Of a stretch of DNA of 64,000 nt, positions 1-11,500 are shown piece by piece. The position numbers and the translations under genes are program-made. The stretch covers positions 2,193,107 to 2,257,106 of the forward strand of contig NW_019091355.1 of NCBI RefSeq assembly GCF_001949145.1, in the 5' to 3' direction. This DNA is from Acanthaster planci. Taxonomy: Eukaryota. The notes under the pieces were generated by a model, which was given only the letters and a program-made list of their open reading frames with translations, did not search any database and was not told the DNA's origin. The number at the start of each line of letters is the position of its first letter. Position 1 is the first letter of the stretch.

Positions 1-2059
1 CGATCCATTAGATCCTTCATTTCCTGTCTTCATCCCGTCAGTTTAACAAGATTATGATATTTTGCCAGGTTCCCTCCTCTTACAAGGGGCTGTCAGACTT
101 TACAAAATGGATCTCCCCTAGGCCACCCCTGCAGTCCCTTGATGAACGGCGCGCGTCGAATTCTCTATCAACAACCTAGTCCTACACGCTTGTTATTTTT
201 CAGTACTGCGGGCGTATGTGCGTTGGTGACAAGACACGATATAGGTCGGTTGTGTCGGCTAACGAGACATGACGGGTAGCAGTGGGAAGGGGTGCAGGAA
301 TGGAGTGTGTGTGTGTGGAGGGGGGAGTTTAAACCACCAGCCCGACTGCTGCATGAATCACTAGAAATGCGCCCATCAAGCCAGATTACTGATTCACGAT
401 CAAGGTAATTGGTTCGAAGATGAGTCCATGAAGACTCTATAGGCACAAAGAGTGCACAGTAGCCTGAAGATGATTCTTCGTGTGCCGGAAGTGCATCGAT
501 TGGCGACGGCATTTTGACCACGGGAATTTGATATTGTGCTGTGATGCGTTACTCTGTAACCGTCGTTTTTATTTATTAATTGGGTGAAATTGGCAGGAAT
601 GCAGCAAGGTCATAAAACTCTCGTACTATTTGTTTTATTATCAAAAATGTACATGACCGATGATAGCACAGCTATGAGGAAATCCTGCAACAACTCTCCA
701 ATGAGGTGATTTCCAGGTAGTCGCAAAGTCAGTGCGGCGGTCTTTCCACTGATCCAATCCCCGCCTTTGTGCTATCAGCCGATAAGGTGCACCATAATTT
801 TGTTAGGCGATATAGAACCCATTACAGCGACCGTCTCCGACACAAGCAAATTGAAGGCATCTGTCAACGGCTGAAGTTGCCAAGGAGAATTTGTTTCTTG
901 TTTCCGTTTGCGCGAGGCAGGAGAACCTTAAGAGGCATACGCCAAAGATACCATTAATCATCCAACGCTCTCCGAAGACGCGAAAAGATCTGCCGTTCTG
1001 CCCACTCGGTCGTTTGTCTACAGCACAAACTTAACGTATACGGTAAAGCTAAAAAACAAGAAATGTAAATGAATGCCATCAGTTGAAATGAAACTTTGTA
1101 ATATAAATTTTCTTACATCATCATAAGGCACTAGATCCGTGACATCTCGATTACGGAAGCATTAGGACAATCGTTGAAAGATCATTGTAATCTTTTAATT
1201 ACTGGGAGATTTACACTCACGCTGCTGTCAAGATCACTTTCGCTACACGCTTTCTTTGGTAAGCTTCGGTTATAGCGCCCTCGCGAGTAAAATGCAAAGA
1301 AAGCAATCTGAGCCTCTAACTGCGGGGAATTCGCTTACGAAAAGATCATTGGATAAGTATCACAAATATCTTAGTCGAAGACGTCATTCCCGACGTCACT
1401 TAATAACACGTTTCTTTTTGAGCTGCAGGTGACCAAACCTGAACAAATAAAATTACATCCGTTTTAAATAAATCCGTTAATTAAATCCGATCATATCCGT
1501 TTGTTTTAAACTTTGTGCTAGTGCTGCAGTTGACGTAGTCGCGTTTCTAGCTGGTGACATTCCTTCCAGGATAGCTTTGACTTGAGAAGGGATTGGAACC
1601 ACTACAGGAAAGTTATGATGGCATGCTTTGCTTGGTTTTAAATCACAATGTGATATGGGAAAACCCACGCACGTGTGCCTTGACAATAAATCAGTAAGTA
1701 CCGTCAAAAGTGAGGGCGCTATTGACATTGTACGAAAGGTGGATCGTACGGCCCCGGGGCCGGCCCCGCGCCAGCGCTCGCAGTGCTGTACGATCATTGA
1801 TGTCACTCACACACGTTTGGAGCGATCAGCCACGATTTAGCCAGCAGGAAGTGTGGCTGATGTTTTCAACTTTTCAGCAGTGACATTTGCAGTCGACGGT
1901 GGAAGTTGGAACGACAAATAATTCGTTGAAGAATAATATTGAAACTAAAAAATACCACTTTACCCGGACAATACGTTAGTTACTCAAGTATATATACAGG
2001 CGTGACATTAACGTGTCGACCTCTGCACGAAAGAAGTTCACGTAGGGTAGGGTGTGATG

Positions 2060-2229
2060 CAGTGGTGTAACTACGGGGGGGGGCATGTGCCTTCCCCCCA
2101 GCGGATACTTGCTGTGCCCTCCAAATGCCCCTCCCCCACATGAAATCTTTGTTGAGTTTATGCAGCTGCAGCTTATTGTCTTGTGGCACCCCCGGTGCCC
2201 CTGAAAATTTCGCCCTTGTTACGCCAATG
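2060..2229. mobile_element. Short non-autonomous hAT-type element
   Basis: TIRs cagtggtgtaac / gttacgccaatg; flanks gtgtgatg / gtgtgaca (6/8 match, decayed 8-bp TSD). Confidence 0.7.
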
Positions 2230-5200
2230 GTGTGACAGCGTTGTGCGGTCTCGCACAGGTCCACACAATGTTTTCCCCTCTCTGATAAACAGTTTCAGAG
2301 GCATTTTGGAGTCACGGCTACATAGCCGTGACAAAAGGAAGTAGGACAGTCCAGGAATCATCATCAAAAATCTAGCTTAAGAGTTATCCTAGTGGGAGAA
2401 AAAGAAGCATTTTCCCGAGTTCTCTTAGCCATGAAGTACAAAGGAATGTCCACACTTCGTATGTGAAACAAGTATGGGTGTGTGTTTGAGGAGGGCTCAT
2501 CGTAGCCTGGTTTCTTCTACTTCCAACCGATCGTTTAATGACCCTTCAACAAATAAGCCTAGACTGAATGGACTTTTTGGACTTGTGATGACTCGGCTCG
2601 GACTCCGTATGACTCCGACTCGACTAGTGTTGGTTGGACAAGGGAAAAACCAGTTCGACCCCACTCGGCCGGCTACATTTGAAAGGGGGGGGGTTCAAAT
2701 GGCTTAAGAAAACGATTCGCTATCAATTGTCTGATCAATTTTTAAATTTTGCCAGAAAAATCTCTACTCTAGATACCTCAGACAGCTTCTGTAATGTCGA
2801 TATACATGCAAGTACTTGCACACGTTGTGCCAGAGTCGATTCTGGAGAAACAAACACAAACAGCGAGGTTGTAGAACTATGTACACATTTTATTGAAAAC
2901 ATTGTTATTATTAACAAAGTAGTTACTGTTTTAAAATTTTCAGCCTAGAGTCTACCGTTTGTAAGTAATTCGTGAGTTATTTACAGTGGTATTCAATAAA
3001 TCAATTATTCGGATTTTCATCACAAACATACAATCACTTTCTATAAGATCTGCGAATTTTTTGAGGTTGACTACAGAAATCTAGGAACTCTAATAATGCT
3101 CACGGCAAAAAAAAAAATCAAAGTAATAACACTTGGGAGACGGTGAATTTAACAGACGGCAGAAATAGAAAACCTCTTTACATTAGTTCACTTGAAGAAC
3201 AAATTGAAAGAGTGTACGGCCTCGTTCAAACTATGACCTATAGCAGCGATCCAGACGGGACTTTTAGTTGGTGAAACACCGACGCATTTTCCAGAGGGAA
3301 AAGGTACATATCCTCCTCTAGACGTTTGCTCATGGTTCATACAATATTTGTGGGCCTTATTTTCTCAAAGGCGCACTCGACTGTAACTTCCATGATGCAC
3401 TTCAGATGTGAAGCACTTCTGATACTTCAGACATGACGCTTCAGATATATCGATACTAGTATCGATAATTAAATAAGGCTGTCACAGCTTTTCAATCAAT
3501 ACGAGACGCGTGGATGATTTCACAACAGTGGCTTAAAGAAAAATATGAATGGAGTTAATGGGATCAGAAGCACTTCCCCCGGAAAGTTATAATCTGAATT
3601 TCTGAACTGGTTATTTCGCCCATACAAAAACTAGAAGCTGATCTACTGTTCATGAACGGAACCCCCATTCAAAGAGTACCGGCCCGAGTTGCACAAAATC
3701 CTTGGTATAGAACCCTTCGCTTAAGTCAAAGTTACGGCTAATGAAGCAAGTAAGTCGAACCTGGATGCGGCAAGAACACATGATTCGTCTGTAACAATCA
3801 CGTGCAGACACTGACTTTTTTTAGGATATAAAGAAAGAAAATATATAGTTGTCTCGGTCCTTGGGAAAAAGTCTGAGCTTCAAAGCAGAAACTGTTCGAA
3901 CAAAGTTTGGAGCCAAGAAAACAAAATCAAAGCCAGACCTCAGCAACTGACCCCAAATTACATTTTTACTTTTAAGTTGAACTGAACAGCACACCGGCCC
4001 TGACGCCAATGAGATGAACACATTCGGTGACTGATCCCAGCTTGTTCGTGTTTTTACAAAGGCTATTCGACTCAAGCTTTTTATTTTCTCTCACAAGCGC
4101 TTGGAAGCAAATAAAAATACTCTGAACTCGGGTCTTGTTTTAGGCAATCTGATGCTTCTGGGGAAGACCAAAATGACATTGCATTGAGTCGGTGTATTCA
4201 ACTCACTCAACAGAAGCCCAAAGAGGGATACGAAGCGAGGTTTGGGAGGCCCGATGAAACGTTCCTGACCACCGATTTCTGCTTCAAAGCTCAATCAAAC
4301 TGACCCCGAACACGTACAGCACCGTGTACAACAATTCTCCAGTCTCCATAGACAGAGAGAGGAAGTACAAAATCATTACAGACATCGTTGGAAGAAGGGA
4401 ACAAAAAAGATGCGTCTCATGACGAACAAGCCCTACCTCTGAACTGTATACAATGTGACCGCTCGCTATCACTCTCATACAAAACATTTCAAATTGAAGT
4501 ACAAAGTTCTGTCTTTTCCCCTCTCATTTACACTCATTTACAGTGGGACAGACAGCTGTAGAAAAAAATACGAATAATACAGGTACACTGTTTAAAAAAA
4601 TCCATGTACCGTTTCACAATAAGTTAATTTTGTTTACAATTGAGGGATATACACTTGTAATATTTATTTGTATAAAAACTGGCACAGTGTTTCAGTAAGC
4701 TGTGTCTGGTATTTACAACACTTGTTAACTCTGTCGTTTAGTAATACATGTACAACCATGGTATATAACTAGGAGGTAAGAACGACACCATATGCATATG
4801 GTAATTGGCTCAACGAAACGGAACTGTTTTGTTGAACATTGAAGGTCATCTGATTATTAAAAAAAATAGTAACTAAACCTTGCTTTATAATAACGCTAGA
4901 ACTGTGGGGGATTTTTTGTGAGTTGACATTGTTGGCTTTCAAGCACGCGACCAACTGGTTTCTTCAAACAATACATGGTGCTGTGTCATGGCCGGTGCAA
5001 TATTCAGATATAACAATATTTCTGATTGGACACAGTCAGCTGACAAAGGCTTCAAGGTCTTTCTGAAACTACACAGGATAACAGAAGTAAAACAGTAACC
5101 ACAAAGTACAGGCTGTAACCAGAGCAAAAAGTCTGGGAATCAGTTTTGCAAAACGCATGTGATACACTAGGCGGAACTTGATAGGAGGCTACGTACACAA

Positions 5201-8139
5201 GGCCCCATGACAAGAACGAAATGTTCACTTTTCAGACGGTTTCAAAATCTGGTAAGACTGGTATGCATAAATGCGCACGTACCCAGCAGGCAACAAGATA
5301 GAGGAATCAGGGATCTGGAGACTTGGCTTTGGTTTGGAAGTGCGAATGAGAAAGGATGCGTTGGTAACATGCAACAATAGGGACCCATCAGAAATGGTAC
5401 AGATGCAGGACGCAGCTCGCAAAAAAAAATGGGCAGTTACAATGGAAAAACTCATGAGTGTTACTCGCGAGCGCAGTGATGTGAAATGAATATCGCTTAC
5501 AGTATGTGAGATGAATTAACCACACAAAGCTAGGATGTTAACCAACTAGTTTTTTAGGAGCAGCATGCAAATCATGTGCGCGTACCATTCCTAATGGTCC
5601 ATAATATTCCCTTGGAGCAATGCAGCATGCGCAACCGATTTGGGCCTGAACTATGGCCGTACCCCTTGAAGCCTGTGTGAAAGGTCTGAGTACATGACAT
5701 GCCCTGACCGCAACGACCATTCAACTGCGGGTCCAGCCTCTCCCTAAATCACCAGTGAGGGCACACTTGTGCATGCACCCATCTATACCGCAGAGAATAG
5801 ATGAAAATTCAACAGTGATTGATTTGTTATGTTTTCTGAACCTGTAGATGATAAAAATGTTTATTTTTGGGACCCTACTATTCAGACAACTTTTTGTTTA
5901 CACTGAAAAAGTTTCCCCACTTTGGCACTGAGTTCAACGGCAGCGACGTAGAAAATATCACCGATGACAGGTCACTAAATAAGTCTTTTTTATTTTAAGA
6001 CTTGGTTAAACACTATCATGCAGTATAAAAGTATTACTAACTTCATCTTCTGATCACTTCTGAATTTGGACCGAACACTTAGGACACTAGGCCTGCCTTT
6101 CTGGTAAGGGGACTAATGTAGGACTTGATTGCAGTAACTGAGGACTTTGGCTCATGGAAAAACAATGCAACTGGCTGTGGCAAAAAGTTCTGGCAAATGA
6201 CCGCAATGTTTAAGTTCTGTATGTTGATACCGAGATGATGTCTGTGGTGTAAATGAAGAGCGTGAAAAGAAACAGGAAATACACACAGAGATTACTGGCA
6301 GTGTTCGCATGAATCTATAACATGGGCAGCTCAGCAGTTTATCAGAGCTGTGGCCTTACTGTAAAAAAAAAAGGAAAGAAACGTCAGCCTGAAAGGAAAA
6401 CCCTATGGTTTGAACTTTCAAGCTGTTCATGGATAAGAATGAGTATTTGGATACAAGTAAGCTGGAAATGCAGACATATTTGCCAAAGGACTCAAACCCA
6501 AGCCCTGGGGCTCGTACTCTTGTGAGTATCTATACATTCCTCGCTACATGAGTCTCACGCTGTGACTCATGTACCTCCTTAATCAAAAATGCTCAGCAAA
6601 GCTCTGATAAGCAGGCTTGATTCTTACTGCACCGAACGAGTTTCTCCAGAACTTGGAAAAAGGATTGAGTCAGAGCTCCACAAGTTATCAAAAGTAATAG
6701 CAATAAATACATGAAAATAAACAGGAGGAGGAAAATTAATACTTGGTTTGCTGACGAAATTTTTTTCGGGAGGTATTTCAGCTAGAACAAAATGCGAGTG
6801 CTTTCATGTGATTAAAAACCAACCTCCAACAGGAGGGCCTAACCCAGGGGGATTTAACACAATTTCCCAATCAACCTTGTTATTGTCAAATGCAAACAAA
6901 CAAAAACTACCTCCAGTGTCAGTCCTGAGGAAGCAACGGAAGGGGATTTGGCAAGGACAGCAACAACTCAGAGCCGAGGCAAAACGAGAGAGAAATGTGG
7001 CGGCGGGGGACAGAGCGATAGTTCTCTTGCAAGGCTTGAGGAAAGAAAACTGAGCAAGCACCAGTTGCATAATCAGAGAACAATTTGACAAATAATTTCA
7101 GCAGTGTTCTTTTGTGCAAATGGGACACATATGAGTCTGGGGGGGATAATGCAATATACTTTTTTTCGGTTTTAAGATCAGCTTGGAGGAACTTCGGCGC
7201 TGTACACGGAGCAGTCATTTTCACAGAAAGCAGAAGCTTGAAAAGTAAATTTGTTGCTATGGAGGACCTTTATGCGTAATGGGAAAGACGCAGGGAGCTT
7301 AATAATTTGGCAAACACACTAACTTGAATACTTTTAAGTAATAATGAATATTCACATTCTCTGCATCTTTCCCATAATACATGGTCTGTGAATATGTGAA
7401 AAGTAAATGTGACTCTCTGACTTTTAATTCATATCTACAATGTCTGAGTCAAGCTGGCTTAAGTACAACTAAGTAGAGAGCTTGCCTTTTTCTAATGGGA
7501 ATAAAAACATTCATGAAACAGTCACAGGGACATTCGTCTGCATAAATACCAAATTATAATCCCCTCAGTGACTGTTTCATGAAGTACTCACACTCAAGGC
7601 AACAACTTAAAACAGGTTGACAAATTCTCCCATGTACAGAAAGAAACGAAGGATAAGTGTCTTTTTTTTCCTGGAGAAATTAAATCATTAAGATGGTGGA
7701 AAACAAACCCAAAGTACCCGTTTCTGCGAGACGAAAAAAATGCTCCGAGGGCTGAGAGAATTTGTCAACCAAAACAATTCAAAAATGAATCTACTTGTCC
7801 CACTGTGCTATGCACAATTACATGTAAGTTTCAATACGGGAGGGCAGTGCGTACAAAAACAAAATGCAAAGCAATGGCTCTCCGGGTGTGAACCCAGGTG
7901 ACCCTTATGCATGACCGATAGAGGGCGCCATTCAAAAGACGCCAAACGTCACTAATACTGATTCGCAAAGAGTCCTTTGAAGAATATTTATATGACGTTA
8001 CTCACTGCAACCCCACTTTATCCAACACTCCTGGGTGTGCCCATAGAATGATACTTGTTACAACAGGCCATAAGCAGCAGCCAAGTTCCAGTTCAACACT
8101 GAGTCTGCCTCTGCAGACTTTTCCGCCTTTGTGTGCTCG

Positions 8140-8258
8140 GGCAAAACAAATAGGGCACGCAGCGTGTTTTAACGTCAACCAGAGGGGAGCCCATTTGCAC
8201 TTGACGCTTCAAACCAGTCAGCCACGCCCGAGTCCACAGCTAGTTTGTCCCAACACGC
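8140..8258. repeat. ~115-bp dispersed direct repeat, copy 1 (3' UTR or just downstream of BMPR1)
   Basis: Near-identical to 11246-11358 (ggcaaaacaaatagggcacgcagcgtgttttaacgtcaaccagaggggagcccatttgcac...gagtccacagctagtttgtc). Confidence 0.92.
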
Positions 8259-8299
8259 AAAGCGGTTAAAAAATTGAACACCCCAGAAGTATCTTTGTT

Positions 8300-8305
8300 T
8301 TTATT
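8300..8305 (-). promoter_or_regulatory. Candidate proximal polyadenylation signal AATAAA of BMPR1
   Basis: tttatt on the + strand about 110 nt past the stop. Further candidates lie near 5990, 5860, 4663 and 4080, so the true 3' end is unknown. Confidence 0.3.
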
Positions 8306-8413
8306 TCACGGATGCACCGGGTCACTGGAGGGGCTGTGAGAGCCACTGCTTTGAGAAGAGGTGGGTGGGAAGAGGGGGGGGAGGGGGAAGAGATATATAC
8401 AACTCTGGGTGTG

Positions 8414-8536
8414 TTACACCTTGAAGTCTTCCTCTTGCATCTTGGCTAACGTCTTCTTGACTCGCAGCATGGTGAGGCGGGCAGCTGGGTTGGGGTGCCA
8501 ACACTGCGTCATGACTCTTGCTATTGAAAGAAGGCT
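8414..8536 (-). CDS. BMPR1: BMPR1 last coding exon ([40 protein letters not shown])
   Basis: acag acceptor, phase 0; CW..NP..RLT.LR.KKTLAKM motif; TAA stop at 8414-8416. Confidence 0.95.
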   Translation of the reverse strand, partial: SLLSIARVMTQCWHPNPAARLTMLRVKKTLAKMQEEDFKV

Positions 8537-11500
8537 CTGTGTGGAGACAAAACAAGGGAATATCAGCCGACATCTGTCCAACAGAAGTCTGAAGTTTACG
8601 AGCTTCCCCACAAGTGCAGTGACTTGAGAGGCTTTTGAGAAGTTTGTAGGATCAATAGGAAACCAGGCAAGTACCTGGAAAACTGAGGGGGGGGGGAATT
8701 TCCAAACTGCACAAAATCGAGTATAGTGTTTTTCTCTTGGTAACAGCATACGCGACAGGTACAAAACAAGGAAATTGGCTGATCTGAGATTTTTTTTGCA
8801 AGCCTCCGGAATTGAGTTGAGCCACTCGAGATGGCCTTGTACGGATAGCAAATCAGAATTATCTAACATCACACAGCAGGAATCTGTGATTACATATACT
8901 GTGGGATTTGAGCAAAAAGTGGCAGTTGAAAATACAATTCCAGTCACGAGTGCTTCGTCAACTTTGATGAGGACAGACTGAGTGTGGGGAACATGTCAAG
9001 GTCACAGAGCTGCCAACCACCTATCACGTGCTATGATCCAAACGGTCCATACACAAACTCTTGACTTTGAAGTCGCATCAATCAACTTGTTGCTACTGAT
9101 GCAAGAACTTTTCCCAGTGGACGCATGCATCCATAAAAACCCAAATCCTGCCAAGTCTTTACGCACAAGGTGTTCCACTGTGTAAAAAATCTGACCACTT
9201 GGTGCCAAGCCATATTATGAATCAATTAGTTTCTCCGCCAAGGATCCCAATACTCACGTCGTCACCACTCCACCTGTTTGGAATGTCTGGTCTTCTTCTC
9301 TCCTGAATGACAACCTTCTGCATTTCCTCATAGGTTGGGTTGGAGCTGGGGACAAAGTCGAAGTACGGCACCTGGGCATCTTCAACTATTCCTGAAGAAT
9401 CCAATCAAAACATGAAACCGATGAAATCTGACACTCCAGTGGTACCATCACACTTCCAAAGAAAAGCACAACTTGTTGCGCTAAGTACTGGTGTGCCATG
9501 AAGTTTGCATATGCATGAATTTATACTCTAAAACCGAATCCCAGTGTTCACGTCAATGCAGCCGCTGTTCTGTGCATGAAGCCATGTGCAATGCCATCAG
9601 AGACGCTGCATTTTGCAGTGTCAAACTTTCATGCTGCAAACAACAGCCCGGTCTCTAGCCAAGTTACAAACTAAGTGAAAAAAACTGACAAAAGGGTTCC
9701 TTTATCATGTCCACAAAGCAAACATGTGAGTGCATGGTCTTGGGACCGGACTTAATTTGCAGCTGTGCTGGTTGACGAGAAAGAGAAAAAAAAAATGAAA
9801 TAAAAGGTTACCAACCTCTCGTTACGCATCTCCTTGCAATTTCCCAAAGGACGAGACCAAAGGAGTAGACGTCGGCATTCTTGTACGATTCAAAGGCATT
9901 TGTATTCAATGTGCTGTCCAGTGCCTCGGGCGCCATATACCGCTTGTTGCCCGCTCTGCATTTGGTCGGTAAGTCAACCTCGTTGCTCTCACTGGAAGAA
10001 GAACATCCAAAAATGGGAAAAAAATTGTGAACAAACTGGAGCAGCGTTGGCAAAAATGGAAAAAAAAACAAAACAAAAAGACCAACTGCAGTGCCCAACC
10101 TTGATCCTACTTCTTTGAACACTGAAAGAGTTCACGTCGAAGTCTGAACCAAGTTGGCGAGTCAAAATTGATTTGCCCTTTCTCTTTCACACAGAAACAC
10201 TTACACCAATATTATGCCATTTTAGTCAATTCCACTGTCAATTCCAACCTCCTTATCCCCTTCAACATCACAACCCAAAGTTTCAACTACAGCAAATTGG
10301 CATCACACGTCTCTTTGTTCCACTTCAAAATTGTTTTTTCCTTGTCACCAGCAAGTCTATTAAAGTTAACCGACAACAACTCCTATTTTGATGTGGGCCT
10401 TGCGCAGATTCAAATTGAATATACTGTCCACATTTCTGAGGTTGTGGTTTTCACAACAACATGTCGGATTAAATTGTCTCGGTTCCTGGATGTTAATAAC
10501 ATTTTAATTGGCTTCTGGTAGTACTTCAAAGCCGGTAATAACAATCGACATGGCCTCTGAAGCTTCACTGAAGTAGGCAAAGAAATCATCGGCTTCTGTC
10601 GAATCACTTTCCTGGCTCGGCTGTGGGCAATCTAGTTAAATCAAATCAATCGTCTGAAGAATTAAAAATGACGGGAGCCGCATCACAGCACTTATTTTTC
10701 CTTTCGGGGAAACTGGCACCCCACTGCAATCAGTGACACTTCCTCAACAGGAAATCGTTCAATTTTGGGACTCCAACAAACACCCTGGCCGTCCACCAAC
10801 TCCCCCCCCCCACAGGCGAGCTTGTCCTGTTGGGATGTCGGGGAGGGAGCATTCCAAAAGGCATAATTATCACCTCCCCCCCATTGACATGGCCACATCC
10901 TGATCTAGTTTCCCTGCACGTGGCATTTCTCAAAACAAATGACAGCTTGCGTGGTCGATTTTTTACAGACCTTCTAAGTTCATTTCACCTGGAGGATTTT
11001 TCAGCTGATCAACACTGTAACACTGAGCAGTTACCCCTAAACTGCCTCAACTTGAAGACTTAGCGGCACACAAGATTTGGCCACTTGGTTTTGCCCTCAA
11101 ATGTTTTTGCAACACAACTGCATTCACAAACAGGTCTCTTTGATCTGTTGCTTCACTGGGGTATTGTAAAACACTTTCAGCTGAAAGAATCAGTGTGAGA
11201 TGTTTGCATGCAGGTACTGTGCCGGTTTGCGCATGTGTGACACCCGGCAAAACAAATAGGGCACGCAGCGTGTTTTAACGTCAACCAGAGGGGAGCCCAT
11301 TTGCACGCTTCAACCAGTCAGCCACGCCCGAGTCCACAGCTAGTTTGTCTTAACACGCCTCGGACAAAGGAAACAGGGCCCTGTAACAAAAGACTGTACT
11401 CCGAACAAAAGACCAGGCTGCTGGGCATTACCAACATTTTTCACTCTCAAAAGTGGAGATAATCCAGCCTTGTTTTGAAACCGTATACCAGGGTTTGGAG

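Noticed and set aside
1..2000. Possible promoter or first exon of a neighbouring gene in the CpG-richer left end
   Set aside because: No recognisable coding sequence or RNA gene; composition alone is insufficient.
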